From Octopus vulgaris (Eukaryota), in the NCBI GenBank assembly GCA_951406725.2, contig OX597814.1, positions 209,374,001 to 209,438,000 on the forward strand: 64,000 nucleotides of DNA. The letters are read 5' to 3'. Numbering within the stretch: position 1 is the stretch's first letter; each line of letters begins with the position of its first letter. The notes beneath the pieces were generated by a model. It saw nothing but the letters and a program-made list of their open reading frames with translations. It was not told where the DNA came from and searched no databases. This document shows positions 26,301 to 37,584 of this stretch, piece after piece. Both the position numbers and the translations under genes were made by a program.

Positions 26301-26414
26301 CTGGAAAAGTTCTTTGCTGTATCATACTGAATGACCTCAAGGAGATTGATGCTGTATTGAGAGAATCAGGTCTTTTATGGAACAGATCTTCGTGTTGTAA
26401 AACATAATCTAGAA

Positions 26415-26712
26415 CAGGGGTTTCCAGCCTTATTTTGCTTGTGGACCCCATTAGGAGCTATCTTATCATCTGTGGACCCCATATATACACATATAAATTT
26501 TTGAAATAAAATATTTGTTTGTAGATTAGTAAAAACTAACACTGAAACAATTTTGTTATATTCATAACATAAATTCCAAATACAAATCTTGAAAATTTCA
26601 ATAAATACAGGTATCTCTCCTAGTAAACAAAATTTATATATGGACCCACAAATTGCAATATTTTACGCGTGGACCCCGTAAAGCTTCTGTGGATCCCGGT
26701 TGGGAACCCCTG
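26415..26712. mobile_element. hAT (Charlie/Buster-type) MITE
   Basis: TIRs CAGGGGTTTCCAGCC / GGTTGGGAACCCCTG and repeated subterminal (G)TGGACCC motifs. 8-bp TSD ATCTAGAA (26407-26414) / ATCTACAA (26713-26720) fits the NTCTAGAN preference. Confidence 0.9.
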
Positions 26713-27272
26713 ATCTACAAAGTCAGAGAATATAGAGTGCAGCTGCTTATCAAGGTCTTTAACTCTCTGTATAAGAATATGCAGTGCTGCGTGAAGACGA
26801 GCAGCGAAAACACCGATGTGCTCGAAATTGTTATTAGAGTGAGGCAGGTTTGCATCTTGTCGTCATTTCTGCTCCTAGTTGATTTCATTAAGCGGAAAAA
26901 GATGGCAAGCGTAAGTCTTGGAATAACATGGAGACCGAGCAAACTGACGGATTTGGATTTCGCAGATGACTTACTAAGCTCCGACAGAGGTATGCTGCAG
27001 GCCATGACAGATAGCCTATACAGCTTGGGGGCGAAATTAGGTCGGCAGATTAGCGTTGACAAGGCCAAAGTTATGTCAATTGGTGGAATGCAAGCACAAC
27101 TTGTCAATCTCGGACATGTCGTAAACCAGTACGTCCATAACATTACATATCTTCAACTGGGGAGATGCAGAAATTGAAGTCATGATCAGGATGGGTAAAG
27201 CAACGTCAGTATTCCTAACTTTTTTCCAATTAGGAAATTGAAGGCCATCAGTAAGAAGATAGAGTAGCAGCT

Positions 27273-27664
27273 TGTGGAGGCGCAATGGCCCAGTGGTTAG
27301 GGCGGCGGACTCGCGGTCATAGGATCGCGGTTTCAATTCCCAGACCGGGCGTTGTGAGTGTTTATTGAGCGAAAACACCTAAAAGCTCCACGAGGCTCCG
27401 GCAGGGGATGGTGGTGATCCCTGCTGTACTCTTTCACCACAACTTTCTCTCACTCTTACTTCCTGTTTCTGTTGTACCTGTATTTCAAGGGGCCGGCCTT
27501 GTCACTCTCTGTGTCACGCTAAATATCCCCGAGAACTACGTTAAGGGTGCACGTGTCTGTGGAGTGCTCAGCCACTTACACGTTAATTTCACGAGCAGGC
27601 TGTTCCGTTGATTCGGATCAACCGGAACCCTCATCGTCGTAACCGACGGAGTGCTTCCTCTCTC
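27273..27664 (+). mobile_element. SINE family D, full length with 13-bp TSD
   Basis: A box TGGCCCAGTGG and B box GGTTTCAATTCC. TSD TAGAGTAGCAGCT at 27260-27272 and 27665-27677. Confidence 0.92.
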
Positions 27665-28126
27665 TAGAGTAGCAGCTATATTCATCCATTGTTATACCAG
27701 TAGTCATCTACGCCTGCGAAGCCTGGACGGAGACAGCAAATACCACACATTTGCTGGACGTGTTTCATCGACTTGACCTACGTTCTATCCTGGGCATATC
27801 TCACCGGCATAGAGCGAGGGATAAAGAGGTATTGAGAAAAGGTTGCATGGGAAGCAAGCAGGACGTGGTGACTTAACGGCAGATACGGATTTACTAGCCA
27901 TGCGCTTCGCTTTCTGCAAGATAGACATGCTAGCATCGTGATGGAGTAGAAGTCGGAAGGAAGAAAAAGGCCGGGCGGAAGACCAAAGGAAGGCGTGGAG
28001 CAGTACATTCAGGACGACATGAGAGCGAGAGCGTCAGCTCAATTGGGGCTAAAAGAAAAATGAATAATCAGGGTGTTTGTAGATAGATCGTTGCCCGTTC
28101 TGCTGACAGCACTGGAGGATGTAGGA

Positions 28127-28128
<2 letters not shown>

Positions 28129-28195
<67 letters not shown>

Positions 28196-28260
28196 TAGAT
28201 AGATAAATAGATAGATAGATAGATTGAGTGAGATATATATAAATATATATATAATAATAA
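28129..28260. repeat. (GA)n, (GATA)n, (TA)n tracts
   Basis: Directly visible. Confidence 0.95.
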
Positions 28261-28672
28261 ATATTAGGGAATAAATCCAAATTTACAGGGAAAAATCAGA
28301 TTTAGGATTGAATCCAATTTTATAGTAAAATATAATATAATATTAATTAGAGACAAAACCACTATTATGCAAATCAAACAAAGAAAGACTTAATCCAATA
28401 CGTAAAACAGTTCTTGATTATATATAGATTATATATATATTTTTTCATTGTAATTTTATATTATTTATATATTTTAGTCATTTCAAATTTATATCTTAAA
28501 ACATTGATTATTTTTAGGTCTTGAAACCACCTGATGAATGTCCTTAGAAGTGACTGAAAACAATTGTAGTGGATAACTTAATTTTATTTAATTTATATAA
28601 ATTTTTTAATGTATTGGATTAAGTCTTTCTTTGTTTGATTTGCATAATAGTGGTTTTGTCTCTAATTAATAT

Positions 28673-28680
<8 letters not shown>
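28255..28680. mobile_element. Penelope-like terminal-repeat remnant with inverted arms
   Basis: 28339-28401 is the exact reverse complement of 28612-28674 and encloses a hammerhead motif. Its start resembles 58632-58675. Confidence 0.7.
28527..28572 (+). ncRNA. Type-I hammerhead ribozyme motif
   Basis: CCAC-CTGATGA-AT-GTC..GAC-T-GAAA-ACAATTGT-A-GTGG. Stem I CCAC/GTGG, stem II GTC/GAC, palindromic stem III, GUA triplet, one extra A in the GAAA box. Confidence 0.75.
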
Positions 28681-28713
<33 letters not shown>

Positions 28714-28756
28714 AGACGGAGAGTTTTAGCGAATATTTTCATACTTTGCCGTTAGG

Positions 28757-29745
28757 AAGAGGGGTCTTAATTCATGAGAACCATGATCCAGTACACAAGG
28801 CCTTGCTTACAATGGCTACTGTGTATGGCTATGGCTTTGAACTCGTTGATCAGCCTCCCAATTCTCCTTTCATCAGTTTACCTGGGTGTTTAGTCTTGAC
28901 AGCTTTTAGTAACTACCTCAGCAAGTTGGTGGCATAGTACTCTCCATTGATTGTGTAGCCCTTTTGAAGATAAAAACAAAGCTTTTTGCAATCCCCAAAA
29001 TTAAGGACATCGCATTCCCTGCAGATGCAACGACCTTGGCCTTTTTGGAGCAAGTGATGAGGAGTGTTTCCATTATGTGGATTGTTTCTTTGTCTCTGGC
29101 TCAATATGATGAACCTAACACTCATTCTGGTTTAGGAGAGTTTCAAGGAAACCAGCCTACCTCGAACAATGTGAGACTTGTTTCCCGTGATGTGATCAGC
29201 TTAGCGCTTTTTTGATCAGATGACGGAATACAACCGAGCAGAAACTTTTGGCATGCCAAATTCATTGTGCTGAATATTCTCAGTTCTTTCATGGGATATG
29301 CTAATAGCATTGGCTATTTGATTTACAGTCAATCGCCTTCATCCATCATCGTGTTATGAACACAATCAATGTTTTCCTCGGGGATGGAAGTTGTAGGATG
29401 TTCAGACATTGGGTCTCCTTCAAGGCTTTTCATTCTTCTACTTAATTCAGCCTCTCAATTTTGCGTAATTGATAAAGCGGAAGCATCTTCTAATGTAGCA
29501 ACCATGTCAGCATGTATGTCCTAGGAGGATAAACACTTTTTCTGACGGTAATTGACAACACGACGATTTCAAGAGAAATCGCTACGAGTTACTTTTGAAG
29601 TCTTCTTTGAACAGTCAGATTTCAGTTTACCTGGAAAGAAATAATGCAGTTATTCATAAAAAGAGGTGAAATTAATGCACGCAACATTTCAGAGTTGTAG
29701 CATTAATCCATCACGATCAGCCTATGAGCTGGCATATGAGGATTT
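28757..29745 (-). mobile_element. Degenerate mariner transposon
   Basis: DIHADMVATL..., EENIDCVH, RLTVNQIA, KVSARLY, YLQKGYTINGEYYA.NLLR.L.KAVKTKHPGKL. The next segment (GVLIH..PVHK...FELVDQPPNSP) lies inverted at ~28757-28868. Confidence 0.85.
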
Positions 29746-29760
29746 TTGACTCTAAATGGA

Positions 29761-29765
<5 letters not shown>

Positions 29766-29823
<58 letters not shown>
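29766..29823. repeat. (CA)n microsatellite
   Basis: Directly visible. Confidence 0.98.
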
Positions 29824-29824
<1 letters not shown>

Positions 29825-30084
29825 AATTACACATATAACATGTAATCCTAGCTTCAATAAAATACTGTGGTGTGGCGAACTGGATCAACACAACTGATGG
29901 CTCAGATGGAAAGCATTTAGAAATGAAAAACCGACCTTTCTTAACCATTCAATCCCACTTTTAGGGAGTAAATATTAAGCCAGGTTTTACCTATTAATTT
30001 CGTCTTGAGAAAGGGATTGTATATCTAATCCTTGTAGGTCCCTGAGATTGGTAATATCGATGTAGTTAAAAATTCCTCTTCAAC

Positions 30085-30501
30085 AGGCGCAGGAGTGGCT
30101 GTGTGGTAAGTAGCTTGCTTGCCAACCACATGGTTCCGGGTTCTGTCCCACTGCGTGGCACCTTCTGCAAGTGTCTTCTACTATAGCCTCGGGCCGACCA
30201 GAGCCTTGTGAGTGGATTTGGTAGACGGAAACTGAAAGAAGCCCGTCGTATATATGTATATGTATATATATGTGTGCGTGTATGTTTGTGTGCGTGTTTG
30301 TCCCCTTAGCATTGCTTGACAACCGATGCTGGTGTGTTTATGTCCCCGTCACTTAGCGGTTCAGCAAAATAGACCGATAGAATAAGTACTGGGCTTACAA
30401 AGAATAAGTCCCGGGGTCGAGTTGCTCGACTAAAGGCGGTGCTCCAGTATGGCTGCAGTCAAATGACTGAAACAAGTAAAAGAGTAAAAGAATAAAAGAG
30501 T
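30085..30501 (+). mobile_element. SINE family A, full length
   Basis: Head AGGCGCAGGAGTGGCTGTGTGGTAAG...GGGTTCTGTCCC and tail AAGTAAAAGAGTAAAAGAATAAAAGAGT. Confidence 0.93.
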
Positions 30502-30669
30502 AACGACTTCGTGTAAAACATGAACAGGGAGTGTATTTCAGATACGTGACCTCAAGAGAAAGGAATGAGCGTTGTGTTTAGTGAAGGCACTTAAAGTGGA
30601 GGAGGTGGATACAACCATATATTTTAATCGAGATATCTTTTACCAGTCAAACAAATCGCCCTCAACACT

Positions 30670-31015
30670 TTTTCAACGTCTGGTACTTAGTTTATCTGTC
30701 TCTTTTGACAAACCACCAAATTACGGGGACGCAAAGAGAGCAATTCCAGTTGTTAAGCGGGTGGGTTGAACACAGAAACACAAAGACTCTCTCTCTCTCA
30801 CTCTCTCTCACTCACTCTCTCTCTCTCTCTCTCTCTCACATACACAAACACAGAAGCATCTACATACCTATATGTATGTATGGCAGTCTTGTACTTTAGT
30901 TTCCCCTGAACCAAATTTACACAAAAGGCATTCGCCAGTCCGGGGCCATAATAGAACCCGAAAGCTCGTGAGTGCAAAGCGAGCTTCTTAACCACACATC
31001 CATGCATACGCCTAT
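30670..31015 (-). mobile_element. Old degenerate SINE family A copy
   Basis: GGTACTTA-TTTATC-GTCTCTTTTGAC-AACC-C-AA-TTACGGGGACG and the ACCACACA..CGCCTA head remnant. Confidence 0.7.
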
Positions 31016-31425
31016 ACTCTCTTTTTACTTGTTTCAGTCATTTGACTGCGGCCATGCTGGAGCACCGCCTTTAGTCGAGCAAATCGACCCCGGGACTTAT
31101 TCTTTGTAAGCCCAGTACTTATTCTATCGGTCTCTTTTGCCGAACCGCTAAGTGACGGGGACGTAAACACACCAGCATCGGTTGTCAAGCAATGCTAGGG
31201 GAACAAACACAGACACACAAACACACACATGCATATATATACATATATATACATATATACGACAGGCTTCTTTCAGTTTCCGTCTACCAAATCCACTCAC
31301 AAGGCATTGGTCGGCCCGAGGCTATAGCAGAAGACACTTGCCCAGGATGCCACGCAGTGGGACTGAACCCGGAACCATGTGGTTGGTTAGCAAGCTACTT
31401 ACCACACATCCATGCATACGCCTAT
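31016..31425 (-). mobile_element. Young SINE family A copy
   Basis: Near-consensus family A sequence with a 25-bp direct repeat at 30991-31015 / 31401-31425. Confidence 0.93.
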
Positions 31426-31893
31426 GTATAGAAGCTTTTAGGAAAGACACGTTAAGTATATATTCAACGTCACGACTTTTTCCAGTTGATGGGGTACTGG
31501 CTTCTATCAGAAAGCTGAAATATGCAACGACGTAAATTAAAGCATTTGATCCTAAAACTCAACGAAGAGGGTCCAGCATATTTGAATTATTCTTGACGTG
31601 AGTCGATAACCTAATAACTTATTCACTCGCCCGTTTCATTTCCTTGGAACAGATATATGAAACTGAATATATCCAACATCAGACTTTCCTCCTGTCATTT
31701 TTATAATCAGATTCTAATAGATGTCTTATTTTTTTTATGCGTAAATTCCTATACTTTGCCAAGATTGTTGCAACATTTTATTTACAAAATATACAAACCT
31801 ACATATATCTACTTCTACGTCTATTTATATACATAAATATAAGTATAAACAAGCATATAAGTATATATGTACATATATATGTAAATATATTCA

Positions 31894-31933
<40 letters not shown>

Positions 31934-33736
31934 ACATCCTAGATATATATTTTCTTGTTTATCTTAAAAAAATACTTCCGACAATTTAAAAAAACAGTGG
32001 GTATATATTGGCACAATTCAAATATTATGTCTATAATTTTGATATATTTCTCAAGCAACTACTTTAAGCATATAACACAACTACTGTTACAGCAACAACA
32101 ACAATGATGATGATTATGATGCTGATGTTAGCGCTGGTGGTGATGATGATAATTATAATAATAACAACAATAATAATAAATAAATTGATACATAAATAAA
32201 TAATCCAATAACAGTAGACATTTTCTGCTGGGAAGGTTTCCTGTATAATTGGAAGAGAAAAGAAAGTTAATAGATAGATTGAAAATATACGGAAATACGA
32301 TACCACTTATGAACAAAAATAGTAATGTTCCGAATCGAATTACTTTATACTGTCTTAGTTATTATATAGAGTTTGAGCTGAACTTTGCCAATTAATTGCA
32401 AATATGATGTAGCTGTACGCTGTCAAGCCAAGCGAGACTAATTATGACGTGCAAATGTCTCTCGAATTTTGGCTAATTCGTATTACCATTATTATTACTA
32501 TTATGATTATCATTGTTATTTATACACATTCGATCATAGAACATATTGAAACATTCGACAGGTATTGATTCTCTAACTGGAGGCAACCCAAGTTAAACAT
32601 TTTCCTAATTTTCGCTTTCCAACTGTTCAATTATATTGATTTTTGTTGTACAAATGCTGTTGTTGATGCTGTTACTTAAGCAGTAATGAGCGATATCATG
32701 GTAACAACTGGATGTCACACAAATGATGAATTTCTAGAAATAATCAAAATTATATTCGGTCTGACTATAATCTGAATAAGTTTTATGTAAGGTACAATTT
32801 TCTTATGGGCCTTCCAAGCTCCAGTGCATAGTAGTACGTTTTTAGTGTCATGTAATTAGAGTTCTGCTCTGTAGGAACTGGAATGTTGCAATTACATATT
32901 AAGTCTATCATACTGTAAACGAAATATGCAGCGTATATTTTCATTGTGTATCTACGTATGTCAGCAAAAGTTTCATATTTTGAATATTTTGCTATAGACA
33001 AATGAATATGTATTTGCGGTAAGTATCAAATGTTATGAATGACATGTCCGTGATATATGAGATAAATGAAGTATCGGAGGAAAAGTTGTTATGAGGAAGG
33101 AAAATAAAATAAATAGAAAAAAATAAGCACTGTTTCTGGAAAATATCTCACGAAGACAATGATTGTAATTTGCATTTCGTTTTGTCTTTTATGCATATCC
33201 TGCCCAGATATATGTCGAAAACAATTTCTTATATTGAAACAATGCCAGCATTTTATAGGGGAGTCATATAATAGATTCAATCAGCTGCAGTATAAAACTG
33301 ATACATTTTATTGTCCCTAGAGAGAAGAAAGTCAAAATTCGTGGTTACTGTCGATTAGATTGAGGCCATAACTAAATTTTTTTACAGTGTATATTTAGGC
33401 ACTCTTTCAATTCTGCCATTTGAAGAACTTTGGGAAAATGGAAATCCAGAATTAAGAGTTAAATACACTTAATGTATTAAGTAAAAATTGAATTTCGAAT
33501 TTTGAAAAATCCTGTTCACAATAACATTGTAATCCTTTGGAAATATGTTAATCATTTTGAAAATTACTTGGAGTTTACATGTGAGGAAATATTACATATC
33601 TTACAGTATTATTTATTAATCTAAGTTCTTATAAGTTTCAACTCTTCTGTAAGGATTAAGTTTACTTTTCACATCGGGTTGTTAAAGTGAAAAAGGGCAT
33701 CAGTAATATATCGTGATCTAATTAATCACAAGTCGT

Positions 33737-33925
33737 AAGGCGGCGAGCTGGCAGAATCGTTAACACAACAGGCAGAAATCTTTGTGTGGCATTTCGATCG
33801 TCTTTACGTTCTGAGTTCAAATTCTGCTGAGGTCGAGTTTGTCTTTTTCCTTTCGGGGTCGATAAAACAAGTACCAGTTGAACACTAGGGTCGATGTAAA
33901 TTTCTGGCCTTGTGCCAAAATTTGC
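33737..33925 (+). mobile_element. SINE family B
   Basis: AAGGCGGCGAGCTGGCAGAATCGTTA...GAGTTCAAATTC...CCTTTCGGGGTCGATAAA. Confidence 0.85.
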
Positions 33926-34058
33926 AATGAAATTAATTACAAGCGGTCTTGTGTCTAATCAACAGACGATGTGTATCAGTCAGCATAAGGTGCTGGTCAA
34001 TCAGACAAGTGGAGAGAAAGTTCATATGTCATTTCTGCTACACAGTGAAGTACTCAAT

Positions 34059-34101
<43 letters not shown>

Positions 34102-34225
34102 AAGGTCAAACGTGATATCCAACTAACTATGTACTTGTCATACATGAGCTCGAGCAGGTATCACAATGTATACCATGAACGACAGAAACAAAATTTCATT
34201 TCTATACAATAAATAATAATCAATA

Positions 34226-34533
34226 TCTATAAAGCTGGAATGCGAAAAAGTTGTTTGATTTCTTGGTTATTTGTCTCATTTTGGGAAAAATGAACAGTTT
34301 AAAGGGCGGTAGATGGGGTGGGATTGGCATCAAAATTTACACTGGGGGTAAAATGGGGTGGGCAATGGTGTGAGGAGGGTTGCAAGTCGCTCGAAGCTAC
34401 CGTTTGGTTGCCATGGTGAGGAATATGGGAAAGGCAAAGAAGACGAACAAAAGAAGATAGGGAAAAGGAGACAACTCGCACGAAACAACAACACCACCAA
34501 AACCCGAGCGAAGCACGGGTCAAAATAGCTAGT
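34226..34533 (+). mobile_element. Non-autonomous Helitron
   Basis: 5' A^TCTATAAAG (could start at TC 34201). 3' hairpin CCCGAGC-GAA-GCACGGG followed ~9 nt later by CTAGT^T. Confidence 0.75.
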
Positions 34534-35018
34534 TACTATGTAAAATGCATTTAGCGATGGAATCAGGTATAGCCTTTAAATTACTAGTTTAAATTTCCCC
34601 AAGCTTTTTATTAATCTTTTTTGAAATCAATAAAATATTAAAAAGGTTGTGTATTTGTTGTGCTCGTATCAAATTAAGCAATTTTGTTCTTTTCTACTCA
34701 ATAGTGTTTTGGGTCTAAAACAAGGGATTTAGTGCTGAAGAGATAAGGTAACCATACGTGTAAATTTCGTGTTTCTGTTTTAGTTTCAAAACATTTTGAA
34801 TTCACTTCTAAATGGAGACACATTTCATTTTACTGTTTCAAGTTATTTACTTAAAATATTTTGGACTGAAGTGAATAATCAACCATCTTTCTGTTTAGGT
34901 CTTATTCAATTTTGGCTAATTTTGATCTGGCAAAAAAATACAATACCGGAGACGTCTGAAAGAAAAATCTGACGTTGCAATGTTATTGTTTTCCCCGATG
35001 CTATTAGTAGTGAAATCC

Positions 35019-35096
35019 GTTAATTTCACGAGCAGGCTGTTCCGTTGATTCGGATCAACCGGAACCCTCATCGTCGTAACCGACGGAGTGCTTCCC
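35019..35096 (+). mobile_element. 78-bp 5'-truncated SINE family D tail with 13-bp TSD
   Basis: Identical to 27582-27658. TSD AGTAGTGAAATCC at 35006-35018 and 35097-35109. Confidence 0.93.
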
Positions 35097-36529
35097 AGTA
35101 GTGAAATCCCTTCAGATGTGAAACGAAACTTGGTCACGATCCTTGTTGAGTGAAATATGAATTTTAGTTAAAGCACTTTCTCTCTTTAAATTTATAGATT
35201 TATAAAATGTATTTGACTTAAAGAAAGACCTCATATTTGAAGAGTGAGTAGGGAAATGGAAAATTATATTGCCCATGTCTTTTCCAAGACTGCTAAAATT
35301 TAAGAGAAATGTTTTTATCAGAGAACCGTAACCATACGGCAGACAACTCACTTGAAATTTACTCCTGGCCACAAGCGCTTGACATTTATTTCATTAAAAT
35401 TAGAAAAAGGAAAGAATTATCAGAATGTTTTTGTGTGATGTTTTGGAAAATTGGGAAAGGTTTTTCTATTTATTTCTATCTTTTAATCCTTTCAATATGC
35501 ACAGAATGACAACTTTATAAATGCATAACACTTTATGAAGCTGAAGACATCATTGCCTGTTACACAGGTAAGGAAAAAGGGAATAGAATAAAGAGAGGGA
35601 AAAAAAAGGGAGAGAGAGAAAGAGAGAGAGAGAGTGTGCGTGTGTGTGTGTATGAGAGAGAGAGAGAGTGAGTGAGAGATCCTATATGATAAATGATTCC
35701 TTCAGAGAAAACGACGAAAGAATTAGTGAAAAGAGAAGAAAAAATGTTTGCTCTGTATAATGATAAAATTAGCTTTAAAAATTCTCTAAGATAGAAACAA
35801 GCAGGAAATAATGAAATTTATCAATTTTAAAAGGAAGATTATGATCAAGAAAATAATGAAGAAAACGAACTAATAATAAATTAATGTGTAATCAAATCAA
35901 ATATTTGATTAATGATGATTTATAAGGATATAACGCTGCAATAGAGTTAGTTTGTTTAGAGGGGCAAACTAAGGAGTGATTACGTAACAGCATGTATCAT
36001 AAAACAAAAGCAACATATTTATGAATTAAATTTTGAGAAAGAATAGTAATGGTGCTTAACAAGCCTGCGTTTTATATAGCAAGACTGAAGTTGAAGTGGA
36101 TTAAAGTATTAAAAAAAAAATGTTTGATGGTTTCAATAAAAAATATGAAAATTGGACGCGTATGCCTAGAAATAAAAACTTTTGGGACAGGAACCGTGTA
36201 GTGTTGAAACATTTATGCCTTTTTCAAGCGTATTAACGTTCTAAGTCAACTGATAGGATTTTCCATTAAAATTTAAAGCATGTGCTGGAGTCGACTGTGG
36301 GGGGAAATGTCACCCTTCTAGAGCACTGTTGCTCTTCATTTGATTATGCAAAATATTAAACCCATTTTATAAAACAAATGCTCAACATTTGTAACGGCGA
36401 AATTATAATTAATTTTTAAACACATGCCCGACTTTTTTAATTGAAAAATTATAGCTGATTAATTAATTAATACTTAAGGATTTCAAGAGAATAATTCTAA
36501 TGTAATCTCTCTGTTTTGTTTCCCCCTTA

Positions 36530-36846
36530 TGTTTGTTTCCTTCATTAGAATGTGGCTATGCTGAAACACCGCTTTGAAGGATTTAAAGAAATCAAAAATA
36601 GTACTCAATGTTTTGAAGTCTGGTACGCGTTCTACCGTTTTCTTTTGCTGAACTGTTACTTTACGTTGGCGAATATTGGTTGTCAAGTGGTGGAAGGGAC
36701 AATTACAAAGAGATACCCACACAACAAACACACACACAATCAAACACATGCACACGTGCACCCACACATACACACTCATGTGTTCCACAGGTTTCCACCA
36801 AATTTTGCCTTCCAAATTCATTGACAAAGCAACGGTACTATAGTCT
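36530..36846 (-). mobile_element. Old degenerate SINE family A copy, interrupted by RTE
   Basis: TGTGGCTATGCTG-AACACCGC, GGTTGTCAAG-GG, CCAAATTCA-T-ACAA-GC. Confidence 0.65.
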
Positions 36847-37341
36847 GTAATGACATGCATAAGATCTGGTCATCAAATCTAAGTAGAGACTTCAAACTTG
36901 AAATATTCAAAGCCACAGTCGAACCAATCCTACTATATGGCTCAGAAACCTGGACGTTATCAAAGAAGCTTGAGAGGCGGTTGGATGGAACCTACACTCG
37001 CCTCCTTATGAGAGCTCAAAATCTCTCGTGGAGGCGCCATCCAACTAAAATGCAAATATATGGGAAATTACCACATGTGTCATCTCTTGTGAAAAGTAGG
37101 AGAGTCCAGTTTGCTGGACATTGTTGTAGAGCTGAAAAAGAAGTAATTTCTACTCTTCTCCTCTAGAAGCCATCTACTCGCAACACCAGAGGGCGCACAC
37201 TCTCCTACCCTGATGTAATCTCCAGGGATACAGGCATCCAGCAACAGGACCTCCGTAATGCTATGATGGACCGTGAAGTCTGGCGCAACATGGTAAATTC
37301 CATTGTCTCGACCACGGTCGAACAATGATGAAATGATGATG
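36847..37341 (+). mobile_element. 5'-truncated RTE-type LINE 3' end with (TGA)n tail and 10-bp TSD
   Basis: KIWSSNLSRDFKLEIFKATVEPILLYGSETWTL...RRVQFAGHC...DREVWRNMV. TSD ACTATAGTCT at 36837-36846 and 37342-37351. Confidence 0.92.
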
Positions 37342-37584
37342 ACTATAGTCTCCCTCATGTTTCATTCAGTGTTTCTGATCTTCCGATACATTTCTCATTT
37401 GCTCTTTATTTCCAATTCAACATACTTATAACTATTTGATGTGTAAATGTTATGAAGTAAAAGTGCTTCCCTGATAAAGTGTTGTGGTTCAACATCCAAT
37501 TGCATTTGGAGTATCCACATCAGAAAACATAAAAAATAAAACACAAGGCAGAAACTACGAAGGAATCAAATGATATAAACCAGC

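Larger units (their letters stand above)
24560..28125 (+). mobile_element. Degenerate near-full-length RTE-clade LINE (APE + RT) with two nested insertions
   Basis: APE: REMQNYHLDILG...VLYSG...AALVGWKP, VIGDCNAQL, NGE..L...LNVGNTIFQH, RDYICIS. RT: LPKxGxLxDCNSW, VPGKVLC, VRQVCILS, LTDLDFADD, IYACEAWT, GKRPGGRPK. Confidence 0.88.

Noticed and set aside
27273-27350. tRNA genes suggested by A/B boxes (also 30085, 18780, 61060)
   Set aside because: They continue into SINE bodies with TSDs or tails and lack a proper cloverleaf and terminator.
16513-31535. Recurring similar small ORFs (e.g. RRASFSFRLPNP, HAVGLNPEPCGW) as a gene family
   Set aside because: They are translations of SINE family A copies.
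35504-35567. Candidate exon (CAG|...ACAG|GTAAGG)
   Set aside because: Stops in all three frames and no supporting neighbouring exons; cannot be supported without RNA data.
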